DNA of 63,213 bases, counting the filler, from Octopus bimaculoides (Eukaryota), in the NCBI RefSeq assembly GCF_001194135.2. It is 6 parts of 6 records of this genome, joined end to end, with 100 filler letters (N's around TTAATTAATTAA, not from the genome) between each part and the next. Parts side by side here need not be neighbours in the genome. Positions count along the whole stretch, not along the records: positions 41,475 to 56,874 come from NC_068995.1; positions 56,975 to 59,149 come from NC_068988.1; positions 59,250 to 61,087 come from NC_068982.1; positions 61,188 to 63,213 come from NW_026329440.1; 2 more parts are not named here. One strand, 5' to 3'. Under the pieces are notes generated by a model. The model made no database searches. It was given only the letters and a program-made list of their open reading frames with translations, and was not told the origin of the DNA. A program made the position numbers and the translations under genes. Below are positions 51,770-63,213 of this stretch, one piece after another; within the stretch, counting starts at the first letter, position 1; each line of letters opens with the position of its first letter.

Positions 51770-51919
51770 TTGTTTTTATTTTGGTTTGCAAGATCCTTTT
51801 TGAGAATGTTTATGTTGAAACATATTTCATTGTGTCTGGGAAAGGTCTCAGAATTTTTGTGACATTACTTAACACACTCACCGGTTCGATTTCCACTCTT
51901 TACAAGAGCCTATGGATAT

Positions 51920-52160
51920 TATGTTCCTTATATAGATGGTTCTTGTAAAGACAAGAACATGTTATACACAGGTGAGACATCTAGAAGCATTGCTTAGAGA
52001 CTAAATGTTTATTTGAGACGATATGACGACAAAAAATAGACCTCCATACTCTACCAAAATGCCAAAGACCAATATAGAGGAACAGTGGATCAATTCGACA
52101 TCTACAATTTATCCAAGCACAAGAAGGATCCAAACGCAGTAAAATACAGTAGTACTTGGT
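51920..52160 (+). mobile_element. Penelope-type GIY-YIG endonuclease remnant
   Basis: ..DGSCKDKNMLYTGETSRSIA*RL resembles C..C...YIGET.R...RL. Confidence 0.45.
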
Positions 52161-52260
52161 CAGTCACGAAACATCCCCAGTACTAAATAGGAAATACACG
52201 TAGTTTATATATACCCAGTTTATGCATACACAGATAGAGATTTTAGTTTGTTATTTAGAG

Positions 52261-52298
<38 letters not shown>

Positions 52299-52301
<3 letters not shown>

Positions 52302-52800
52302 GGTGTCGCAAAATGATGTACTCACTTTTTGACAGACGATTACTAATGTATTGTTTATTGCGATGTAAGGACTTACCTCAATGCAACAAATCCAAACAAA
52401 TGGATTAGGAGGAGAGGTAGCGTTGAATTTCTTGCACGTTCCCCAGACCTGATGCCAATGGATTATTTTTTAAGGGGACATCTCAAAGATAATGTTTACG
52501 CTGCAAAACCAGTGACTAGTGATGATTTGAAAAATGAAATTGGAATACAATGTCTTGCAATTCCAAATGAAATGTTTAGCAATGGTGTCGTATCCATTGT
52601 TGGACGTTATCAGCTTTGTTTGGAAAATTAAGGAAGGCAATTTGAACATTTGCAAACACGCAGGATTGAGAGAGAACATTAAATAATTCTAAATGACAAT
52701 AAATACTCGTTTCTACAACAATTTATTTTCCTGAATTCAATTGAACTTTTTAGGTTTGTATGTATATCAATAAACATCTACTTGAACACAAAATGCATGA
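52299..52800 (+). mobile_element. Internally deleted Tc1/mariner-superfamily element (Tc3-like WPARSPDL type)
   Basis: TA then CAGGGTGTCGCAAAA TIR. 3' transposase YLN..NKWIRRRGSVEFLARSPDLMPMDYFLRGHLKDNVY..GRQFEHL. The right end is replaced by a SINE. Confidence 0.75.
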
Positions 52801-53062
52801 GCACTACGGGTTTCTTTCACCTTCTGTCTACCAAATCCATTCCTAAGGCTTTGATCGGCTCGACTCTATAGTAAAAGATATCACACAGTGAGACTGAAAC
52901 CGGAGGCATGTGGTTCGGAAGCAAACTTCTTACAGCACAACCATGCCATTCTATATTTCCGCCAAAATATATATTGAGAAATTTCTTCTCATAGATAACC
53001 ACTTGGCATTGTCAGATTGCTCTCCATAAACTGCCTTTCAAAGTATTAGTATGTGTCGGTAC

Positions 53063-53094
<32 letters not shown>

Positions 53095-53373
53095 CTACGT
53101 ACGTGTATGTATGTAAGTGTGTACTTGAATGAAGCAATGACAAGTCATAGCATGTACATTTTTCTATTGTTTTTGCAATGATAATATGAAATATGAAATT
53201 TAGAAAAAAATGTCGTTATCAATGTGAATTCTTAGTAAATTTCTTGTGGCGTGTACATTCCCTTGGAGGAAAATTCGATATTTTATGCTTCTTGTGCTTG
53301 CCTGATTTTAGTTGCGCATATATCTTTTAATACATATTTACAAATATATATATGTGGATTTGTGTGTGTGTGC

Positions 53374-53409
<36 letters not shown>

Positions 53410-56017
53410 GTCTATATGGTTGTGAGTATTTGTGTGTGTGAGCGTGGGTGTATGTATGTATGTATGTACGTACGTATGTATGAATTTATGTATGCATGTA
53501 TATATATACAGCCACATATATAAGCATCAGTTCATATATACATGAATACTTAGAAAATATTTGTATCTATTTTCATACACAAATTCACATATATGTGTTG
53601 TGCCTGTGCCTATATGTGTATATGTTTAAGTTTGTGTGTATGTATGTATGTATGCATGTATGTATGTATGTACATGCAAATATGTAAGCATCAGTTCACT
53701 CATATATGAATAATTAGAAAATATTTGTATGTATTTTTATACATAAATTCACATGCATATGTGTGTGCCTGTGATATATGTGTGAGTGTGTAGGTTTGGG
53801 CGCGTGTGTAATCATATTGTATTCATCTATGTACGTACGTACAATAACGGTGTTTACGCAGTTAAAATGCCTACATGTCAGTTTCGTTTATCTCAAAAAA
53901 TCGACAGATGTCATCTCTAATAGGACATACTAACCCAAATGAATCGACATTCTAGTATATATAGCAACACGACGATTATAATTAGATATTGTAAAGAAGG
54001 GTTAACTATATCTCTACCTCAACATTTTTTTTATCATTTTGGCGAAACAATATTTTCTTTTATTGCTAAATAACTATGGTGCCCTGTTATTAGGGAAATG
54101 CATTCGTATTGTCTAATTGAATTCATTTGAAGATTTCTTTTACTGACAAGACTGAAAAAGAAATTTATAAAATCGTAGCATAATAAATAGAAACCGCGAC
54201 GGCAATAACTATTGCTCTGTAACTTAAAATTTTCTTTCAGATTTCTAAGTCTCGTTGAATGGGAAATGATTTCAAATATATACTGCTTAACATTGCATCT
54301 TTATTGTGCCCGGGGATCTAAGAAGAAACTATTAGTTGTGTATATTTCTAAGGTTAGGTCAATATAATTAAAAGGTAAATATGACTTTCAACACCTTGGT
54401 GAATAAAGGGATACCACCTTCATATAAGATACAACGGTGTTAATTACGTTTAAACTGTCAAAATACGAAAATTACAAATTTGCATGAAATGAAAACAGTT
54501 TCTTTTTCACAACTCTCAATGTTTGTGTATGTTGTGTCTCCGTATTTGAGCTTTTTACGTGCTTGAGTGACTCTATTCGAAGTGTATTTGTATCTGTAAA
54601 TGTATGAGTATGTATTTATATGTGAATTATACCTATGTGTTCATTGTATGTAAATGCATCAGTGTTTAAATATTTATGTACGGTGTATCCAATTTTCATT
54701 ACTCTGTCATGAATGTTTTCAATGCTTCTGGGGGAAAAATTAATCTTCATTTGGAGAATAACAGAAATCTTGAAATTAAATAAATTACAAAGCACCTATG
54801 TCATTAAAACAGTGCGACAGATATATGTCTATAAAACAAAGTGCTCTATACTAGAATCGTTCTAATTATGTTCGAGCAAATAGTGGCAGAGTAGCATTGT
54901 TTGCAATTTATATTCTTTGTTCTTTTAGAAATATTAGAACGTCGCTTTAGATGGTATATAATTTTTCGTGCGTACTGTTTGTGCTTTGAAAAAATGAAAA
55001 TGAAGGCTTGTTCATTCCATACACAAATTTCGAATAGAAATGATCAGACATAGATGATGTTCTCTTAGGTTACTAATCTTTATTTGAATTTGTCATAAAT
55101 CTGTGCGTGTGTGTGTGTCTGTGTGTGTCTGGATATGTCTGTGTGTGTGTGTGCGTGTGTGTATCTTTGAATGTGGATGATATATTTCGGTACGGTACGG
55201 TACATCACCCATATCAGTGGCATGACGAAAAAGTATGTCGGTATGCACATACCTGTACGTATATATGCATATATATATATATANNNNNNNNNNNNNNNNN
55301 NNNNNNNNNNNNNNNNNNNNNNNNNNNNNNNNNNNNNNNNNNNNNNNNNNNNNNNNNNNNNNNNNNNNNNNNNNNNNNNNNNNNNNNNNNNNNNNNNNNN
55401 NNNNNNNNNNNNNNNNNNNNNNNNNNNNNNNNNNNNNNNNNNNNNNNNNNNNNNNNNNNNNNNNNNNNNNNNNNNNNNNNNNNNNNNNNNNNNNNNNNNN
55501 NNNNNNNNNNNNNNNNNNNNNNNNNNNNNNNNNNNNNNNNNNNNNNNNNNNNNNNNNNNNNNNNNNNNNNNNNNNNNNNNNNNNNNNNNNNNNNNNNNNN
55601 NNNNNNNNNNNNNNNNNNNNNNNNNNNNNNNNNNNNNNNNNNNNNNNNNNNNNNNNNNNNNNNNNNNNNNNNNNNNNNNNNNNNNNNNNNNNNNNNNNNN
55701 NNNNNNNNNNNNNNNNNNNNNNNNNNNNNNNNNNNNNNNNNNNNNNNNNNNNNNNNNNNNNNNNNNNNNNNNNNNNNNNNNNNNNNNNNNNNNNNNGTGG
55801 GGACTTAACGGCTGTCTTGTCATATCTCTCGGAAGCATTTTCCACCCGCCAAGATTTGATTCTAATATAGCGGTATGTGAACGTGCGTCTTGCGATATTT
55901 TCTAACACATCGAATTGAGGGTTTAGAGCTACCCTTCTCCCATCTCGTTTTACATTTTTTTCTTGTATATTTTAATTCCTCTTCATCTATGTGGGAAATT
56001 TCCATATTTCTCGCCGC

Positions 56018-56332
56018 TTAGGCAAAAGACGCAGTGGCGATATTTGCGCTTTTGTGTCTCATTTCTTTCGTATTGTTGTTGCTGTTATTATTGTTGTTGT
56101 GGTTGTTGCTGTTGCTATCATTCCTGCTGCTGTTATTGCTGGCACTGCTGCTGATGCTGTTGCTGTTGCTGTACTCCTTGTCGACACCGAAAGTTTTGAC
56201 GTTGCTTAGAGACGAAACATTTTTAGCCTCGGTGACGTCAAGATTAGGCCATTTCAAATTGATATTCTCAATTTTATCCGACAATAAGCGCTTTGCTTTG
56301 GCGAACATTATGATGGCTTCTTTGTCAGCAAT
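56018..56332 (-). CDS. Probable terminal coding exon of an unidentified gene, with a Ser/Asn-rich C-terminus
   Basis: Pyrimidine-rich acceptor ttttactattttctgcaatttctaaAG, then a phase-0 open frame IADKEAIIMFAKAKRLLSDKIENINLKWPNL..ASFA* (105 codons including stop). No upstream exon was identified. Confidence 0.45.
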   Translation of the reverse strand: MADKEAIIMFAKAKRLLSDKIENINLKWPNLDVTEAKNVSSLSNVKTFGVDKEYSNSNSISSSASNNSSRNDSNSNNHNNNNNSNNNTKEMRHKSANIATASFA

Positions 56333-56596
56333 CTTTAGAAATTGCAGAAAATAGTAAAATATGTTTTTGCTGAAAGCAGTTAAAATTCAAAAATTATTTA
56401 TGCACACACCCCACCCCACCGCTCAAAAGAAGGTATCTTTCTACACGAAAATACCATCTGCGCAATCCAGAGAATGTCAGAAATGTACTGGTAATGTCAG
56501 AAATGAAAAGACGGGCCCCTGGAAAGCTGAAAAGATTACAAAGACTTGTTCGGCATACGGAACACCAAATTGCCGTGATATCGTACTATGGTGGCC

Positions 56597-56655
<59 letters not shown>

Positions 56656-56658
<3 letters not shown>

Positions 56659-56874
56659 CACTCAAACCCATCCGAACAAGAGTTCTACCACCCAAACAGA
56701 CCTTGTGGATAAATAACATCCAGAACAAAATTTAAAAAAAGAGAAAAGATTTATCGATTCTCAACGAAATTAGTAAACAATCAACACTACTAATTAACAA
56801 GAAGAAAACAAAAATACTGTACAAATACAGCATTACAGAAAAAGACTTATCTGAGGCAAAAGAAAAACTAAAGC
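56656..56874 (+). mobile_element. R4/Dong-type ORF N-terminal fragment starting directly after (TAA)n
   Basis: WINNIQNKI..RKDLSILNEI..KKKTKILYKYSI..EAKEKLK resembles the pre-RT region of R4-clade ORFs. (TAA)n at 56597-56655. Confidence 0.5.
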
Positions 56875-56974
56875 NNNNNNNNNNNNNNNNNNNNNNNNNN
56901 NNNNNNNNNNNNNNNNNNTTAATTAATTAANNNNNNNNNNNNNNNNNNNNNNNNNNNNNNNNNNNNNNNNNNNN

Positions 56975-57006
<32 letters not shown>

Positions 57007-57694
57007 AAATAGGATTTAAAAAACCTGGCAGATACCAAGTGAGCACTCAGTATATATAGAGACATATATACATACATACATACATACATACATACATACA
57101 TCATATACAATACATACAAACAGGGAGGCAACATATATACACTGGAATTGTTGGAGTATAGAGACGCTAGATATGTCTATGAATGTAAATAAAATATTGA
57201 TTCGCATACTAAATACAGATAAGATAATGTATCACATGCGTAATATCTCGAGTAGAGTAACCATTATCTCAGTGTAGCCATGTCAGTAGCAGAAAACTCA
57301 CTGTGCATTTCAAATTAAAAAACGGAATCTCTTTATTTGTCCCATCCCTCCTTAAAAAATATCAGGTGTGTGTTGTGTGTGTGTTGTGTGTGTAATTACT
57401 TTCAGGATCCTTAAAAATCGTAGTATTTTGATAATAATGACACCATCGTAGAGTCAAGGACAGCATGCCCGTGTAACGACAGTGTTTACGGACACTCACG
57501 TGCTTAGTAGAATATATACGGGATTGTCCTTCCACTTATGCATACACCCACAATTGCTCACCAAACAGAATGAGCGTATATGTAAAATCATGCAGTAGTA
57601 TAAACCAGCATGCAGCCCACGGTCCGTTATAGAGTCAAAATCCAAAGCAGGGAAGGTTCCGAATGTGGTGTAGTAAAATGATAACTAAAACTCC

Positions 57695-57966
57695 CTACAG
57701 CTGCTTCAGACGTCTTTGTTATTAATGAACAAATCAATTACATCATGTATAAAAACTGTTTCCTTCAGATAAATTAAACTTAAAATAAAATCTACCGTTA
57801 AGATTTTACACACAGAGATTAGAGAGTCAGCATGATTTCTATAGTCTTTCTGTGAGAAAACCCTAAATGTTGAATATATTTATTCACCTGAAGAAAACGT
57901 TTTCTTTTTCATGATGTAATTTGATCTGTTCATCAATAACAAAAAATACGCCTGAAACAGTTGTAG
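57695..57966. mobile_element. Old outward-facing inverted repeat with decayed hammerhead motifs
   Basis: Arms about 57695-57775 and 57880-57966. CTGAAGA at 57888 and GAAACAGTTGTA at 57954(+); CTGAAGG..GAAGCAGCTGTA on the minus strand. Confidence 0.55.
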
Positions 57967-57987
57967 AAGACCGTAACCCATTTGTGT

Positions 57988-58018
<31 letters not shown>

Positions 58019-58525
58019 TTTTTCTTTTATTCGTTTACTTGTTTCAGTCATTTGACTGCTACCATGCTGGAACTCCGTCTCGAAGGGTTTTAGTCGGACA
58101 ATGTGACCCCACGATTTATTTCTTTTACAGTCAAATACTTATTTTATCGTTCTCATTTTTCCGAAACTTTAAGTTGAGTTTTGTGAAGAGTAAAATATAA
58201 TTCGAACGACAAGACAAAGAAAGACTGTGACACATATTCAATCATTAGTTAGAATTGTTTCTCTACCAGATCTACTTTCAACAGACGTTCCTGCCAAATT
58301 ACTGAGTATAAGATGTACGTAATATTTGAAGTTACAGCCATTATCGTGGCACTTCCTCAAACTTGTATCACAGGTGCGTTCTTACATTGTACATATTCCC
58401 GACTTTGAGTTTTCCTTCCATCAGGAGAAGACAAAAAGTAAATAAAGATGAAAATGTAAATAGACTGAATAAAGATGGACAGGATGTGTAAATATATGTT
58501 CTTTGGGAAAAAACTCCGCACGCCT

Positions 58526-58605
<80 letters not shown>

Positions 58606-59249
58606 AAACAGACATATACACAGAGAAACGAAAAGATACGAACTTCAGCTTATCAGGAATGTTACATATAGTGTAAAGAATGAAAATGCAGTGTGATGAA
58701 ACGAAATAAAAAATTAATGAAATAGAAAAATAATAATAGCAAAATAGAAATTAATAATAAAATAGAATTAAAGAAAACGGAATAAGTAGCAATATCGGAA
58801 CAATATTCGTAGAGCTATACCCCAATCATTAAAGATAACCGGACAGTATGTGACCTAAATGTATAACATTAAAGTGTCTCTGTAATAAGCTCAACATAGC
58901 ACGAGGTATTTAACGTAAAGATTAAAACCAGCTTTGTAGTATACTTAACCAGCAATAGACATAAATGTGTCAAAGAAAATAGAGCAATGGAAGAATGAAT
59001 ATATAATAAAATAAATACTACAGAAAAACGATATATTCTAAATAGACTCAATAGAAGAATGGGCGGTAGGGACATATAAGAAATTATCAGAAAGTTCTAT
59101 ACATACATACATATATACATACATATATATATACATACATATATATATANNNNNNNNNNNNNNNNNNNNNNNNNNNNNNNNNNNNNNNNNNNNTTAATTA
59201 ATTAANNNNNNNNNNNNNNNNNNNNNNNNNNNNNNNNNNNNNNNNNNNN

Positions 59250-59300
<51 letters not shown>

Positions 59301-59587
59301 TGCATATATTCCTATATACCTTTATATTATGCCGAGTTAATTGATATTACTGTGTTTTTTCCCACGACTCCTCCAGTTTACTGTGTATTTCCTTTCTTTT
59401 TGTGTCTACCTCATCCTCTCACTCTGCAGACGCATGCATATACATACATACATACCTGCATACATACATACACACACATACATACATAATACATACATAC
59501 ATACATACTATGTGTATATGTATACATACCTACATTTATACTTACATACCTATCTCAATAATACATGCATGTATGCCTGGATATATG

Positions 59588-59630
<43 letters not shown>

Positions 59631-59789
59631 GCATACGCATGCAATGCGCACAGGCACGCACATACTCATACAGCCGCACCCATTGTGCGAGGTCATATGT
59701 AAGTCTGCTACTAGCATCCTGTAAGCCTGTGCTATGGTCAAGTTGTGTGTGACGCAACCCGCAACTCCTAGATATATAAAGATTTCTTT

Positions 59790-60345
59790 TTCTCAGGCAG
59801 AGGAGAGTGCCTGAATGCTCTGCAGGTCCAAAAACATGTCAAACGGTCACGGTATCCTTGTCAGTCCTTGTATCTGTTTCCATCACCAGGTATTCGGGGT
59901 TTTTTTCAGCGGACTTAGGTGAGAAACGTTTAAGTCTTCCTTTTTCAAAGATGATACCTTTAACCACACAACACTCTCTCTGGTTGTGATTCTGTAGGTC
60001 AGCTAGGTTCGACCTGTTTTCTCACTTTCACCTGACGTCTCTTGTCTTTCAGCAGTGTCATGTCTCGATCCTGTTATCCAGACAAAGCTTTTGAAAATTT
60101 AGTTCCATGCGAGCGACATCCCTTATCAACATTCCCATTAAGCCAAGTACATAAACATGCCTTGCTTTCTGATCAACCAAGCTCATCATCCTCTTTCTTT
60201 CCGGTCATATAAGTAGGTGGTCTCGGAAATAGATTGTCGAGTTTTCATCTCCCAGATCTGGACAAACCACGATTCGAACTCCTCCACATCACAACCAGGC
60301 AGCACACTTTTCACCGCCTCAGTCTTTTCACATTGTGTCACTCTG
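59790..60345 (-). pseudogene. GC-richer decayed coding relic, possibly the 3' region of an L1/Tx1-like LINE
   Basis: Broken frames give GKKEDDELG, NFQK..W and PS*PT..QPE.VL, which loosely resemble a CCHC knuckle region. Weak evidence. Confidence 0.3.
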
Positions 60346-60488
60346 ATTTGATCTTAGAATTGATTTTAGGGAACACTTATGTGTGGAATACACAGCCACT
60401 GTTAAATTAATTTCAGTTGGATGAATAACTGAATACTCATTGTCGAGACGTGAATGCGCGCACGTTGGAACATACGTGCGCACGCGCG

Positions 60489-60524
<36 letters not shown>

Positions 60525-60755
60525 GACTGTGCTAGCAAAAGAACGTATTTGTAGGTGACGTACTATTCTGCTTCATTGAAAAGCGATATTCCGGTTCTCT
60601 CCTTATTTGTTTGTTGGTGAAAATATGTGTAAATTAAAAACAATTCTTTAAGAACTACTTCTTATTACGCGTCTTTATGACAGTAGCATTAAAGAAAGGA
60701 AAGGGGGAGAGTGAAGGGAGATGAAAGAAGGGGACATATATCTATCTATCTATCT

Positions 60756-60794
<39 letters not shown>

Positions 60795-61214
60795 ATAAGA
60801 GTGAAAAAACTACAGAAGGCTTGTGTTACATGGTTAAAGTATATATTTAAATTATGTCAGAAAAATGTTATAAAATTTTTTGGGTATATAAACATTGTAT
60901 TTGGAGAAATAACCGGTTTCGTGTTGTCTTTTCAAATTTCTCTACTTCATTGTAACATGTGTTCGCTCCAGTCTGAAAAGAAGAGTTCTAGATAGGGGGA
61001 GGTAATTAGGCATTTCTTCCGGTATAAGGGAGATAATCGAAATCTAGGAGGTGGTAGAATTTGATTAATTTACCATGGTTTTGTTCTNNNNNNNNNNNNN
61101 NNNNNNNNNNNNNNNNNNNNNNNNNNNNNNNTTAATTAATTAANNNNNNNNNNNNNNNNNNNNNNNNNNNNNNNNNNNNNNNNNNNNTATATATATATAT
61201 ATATATATATACAT

Positions 61215-61335
61215 GCACGTAAAAGCACCCACTACACTCTCTGAGTGGTTGGCGTTAGGAAGGGCATCCAGCTGTAGAAACCCTGCCAAATCAGATTGGA
61301 GCCTGGAGCTGCCATCTGGTTCGCTAGTCCTCAGT
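61215..61335 (+). mobile_element. RTE-related SINE fragment
   Basis: gagtggttggcgttaggaagggcatccagctgtagaaac. A related 3' piece lies at about 25318-25419. Confidence 0.55.
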
Positions 61336-62019
61336 CATACATACATACATACATACATACATACATACATACATACACACATACATGAATGCATACATGC
61401 ATACAGATGTGTGTGTATGTATCCTGTCTGCTTTTCATTTCATGGAAACTGTCAAGTGTATCCCAAACACCGTGTCCACGCATACAAACCTACATACATA
61501 AGCATACACAATGAAACACTACAAAAGTCCTTTCTCACCATTCTTATAATTGATGCATTACAAATATCAGACGACTAATTATTTGATCGTTAACATCTCA
61601 GAGCATAAAATTATGATATTAATTACAATAATTAATTTAGTAACTGCTTCAAAGCATCCTATTTGTTTGTCAGTCATCAATATGACAGGCCACTTATGTG
61701 CTTGATAAATACCTTTACATCGTGTATACGATTTTAATTAACGAATCTGCATAACGATGGAATGATGGCAGTATTGACTAAATTATAGGGCCGTGAATCG
61801 TTAGCCCACCGGCAAAATGCTTAGCGGCATTTCATGTTTTTATGTTCTGGGTTCAAATTCTGTGAAGGGTGACTTTGCTTTCATTCTTTCGGGGTCGATA
61901 AAATAAGTACCAGTTGAGTACGGGGGTGGGGGATGTAATCGTCTTACCTGCCTCCCCCGAAATTGCCGGCCTTGTGACAAAACTTGAAATCAATATGGTG
62001 ACTGAATTGTATTAGTAAC

Positions 62020-62278
62020 ATTGGTTGGTTGGCACTCGGTCGCTTAACGACGACAAGGGTTCCGGTTGATCCGATCAACAGAACAGCCTGCTCGTGAAAT
62101 TAACGTGCAAGTGGCTGAGCACTCCACAGACACGTGTACCCTTAACGTAATTCTCGGGGGATATTCAGCGTGACACAGAGTGTGACAAGGCTGACCCTTT
62201 GAATTACAGGTACAACAGAAACAGGAAGTAAGAGTGAGAGAAAGTTTGTGGTGGAAGAGTACAGCAGGGTTCGCCACT
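62020..62278 (+). mobile_element. Interspersed repeat, family D
   Basis: Homologous to 23118-23490. Confidence 0.75.
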
Positions 62279-62618
62279 ATCATCATCATCATCATCATCA
62301 TCACCATCGTCATCGTCGTCACCACATTGATCACCATTGTCATCATCATTGTCGTCATCATCATCATCACCGTCATCATGAGCATCATCATCATCATCAT
62401 CGTCATCATCATCATCATCACCGTCATCATTGTCATCATCATTACCACCACTACCTCCACCTCCACCACCATCATCATCACCATCACAATCATCATCATC
62501 GTCATCATCACCGTCATCATCATTACCACCACCACCACCACCATCATCATCATCCTCATCATCATCATCGTCCTCATCATCACCACCACCACCACCACCA
62601 CCACCACCATCATCATCC

Positions 62619-62653
<35 letters not shown>

Positions 62654-62660
62654 GTCATTG
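62279..62660. repeat. Long compound (CAT/CAC/CGT)n trinucleotide tract
   Basis: Direct reading. It follows the family D repeat. Confidence 0.92.
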
Positions 62661-62989
62661 TCATTTCACTCTGTCTCATCACTGGAAACTAAAAACCGAC
62701 TCTTTTGGAACTGATGCTGCCATATTATGAAAACAATGTCAATTATTTATATTCCAGAATATTCCCTTTGCTGGAATTTCGAACATCAAAGCAGAGAAGA
62801 AAGAAGAAAAGTTGCTGCTTTATTTAATTTATTTACTTTATTTACTTTATTTATTTTAAATTTCTATTTTTTCTTTTAAATTATATTTATTTTGTGTTTT
62901 TTTTTTTTTTCAAATGCGATGATGAGGAAAATCTGCGAATGAGAGGTGCCAGCGCTCTGTCTGAACCGAAACACGTGAAAAGATGATGT

Positions 62990-63026
<37 letters not shown>

Positions 63027-63213
63027 CTTTGTGTATCTTTTGTGTGTGTATGTATGCATGTATGTATATATGTATGTGTGTGTGTGTGTGTGTATATATA
63101 TATAGCTGTTTCTATACAGATAGATAGACAGACACACTGAGAGACAGGCACAAAAATAGACAGATAGAAAGATAGATAGATAGATAGATGAATAGACAGA
63201 TGTATGGATACAG

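Noticed and set aside
58330-58420. Possible 29-nt micro-exon upstream of the 56018-56332 exon
   Set aside because: An AG...GTAAGA pair exists on the minus strand, but it is too short and has no homology support.
62044-62730. Poly-His, poly-Met and poly-Ile ORFs of 150-212 aa
   Set aside because: All frames are open only because of a CAT/CAC trinucleotide tract attached to a SINE-like repeat. There is no splice or domain support.

Overview
AT-rich eukaryotic scaffold, dense in microsatellites and broken by many N gaps. The SINE families and repeat style suggest an octopus genome (inference). Host coding content is sparse: the first coding exon of an ecto-5'-nucleotidase (NT5E/CD73-like, minus strand, 2293-2679) and a probable terminal exon of an unidentified minus-strand gene (56018-56332). 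The ~53 kb between them is decayed mobile DNA: several SINE families, four mariner and two Tc1-type relics, a Chapaev-like fragment, an RTE-like LINE, a Gypsy 3' end with LTR, a cluster of R4/Dong-type non-LTR elements sitting in (TAA)n tracts, and Penelope-like (PLE) fragments. The most notable signal is a recurrent non-coding architecture: outward-facing inverted repeats whose arms or spacers carry type I minimal hammerhead ribozyme (HHR) motifs (CUGANGA, stem II, GAAA, palindromic stem III). These occur at about 14.2, 19.4, 20.5, 34.5, 37.8/38.9 and 57.9 kb. A further near-canonical HHR sits at the tip of a long rod-like hairpin at 43.1-43.4 kb. Together they suggest a diverse population of non-autonomous PLE-derived, retrozyme-like elements. 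Most long ORFs in the supplied track are microsatellite or N-gap artefacts.
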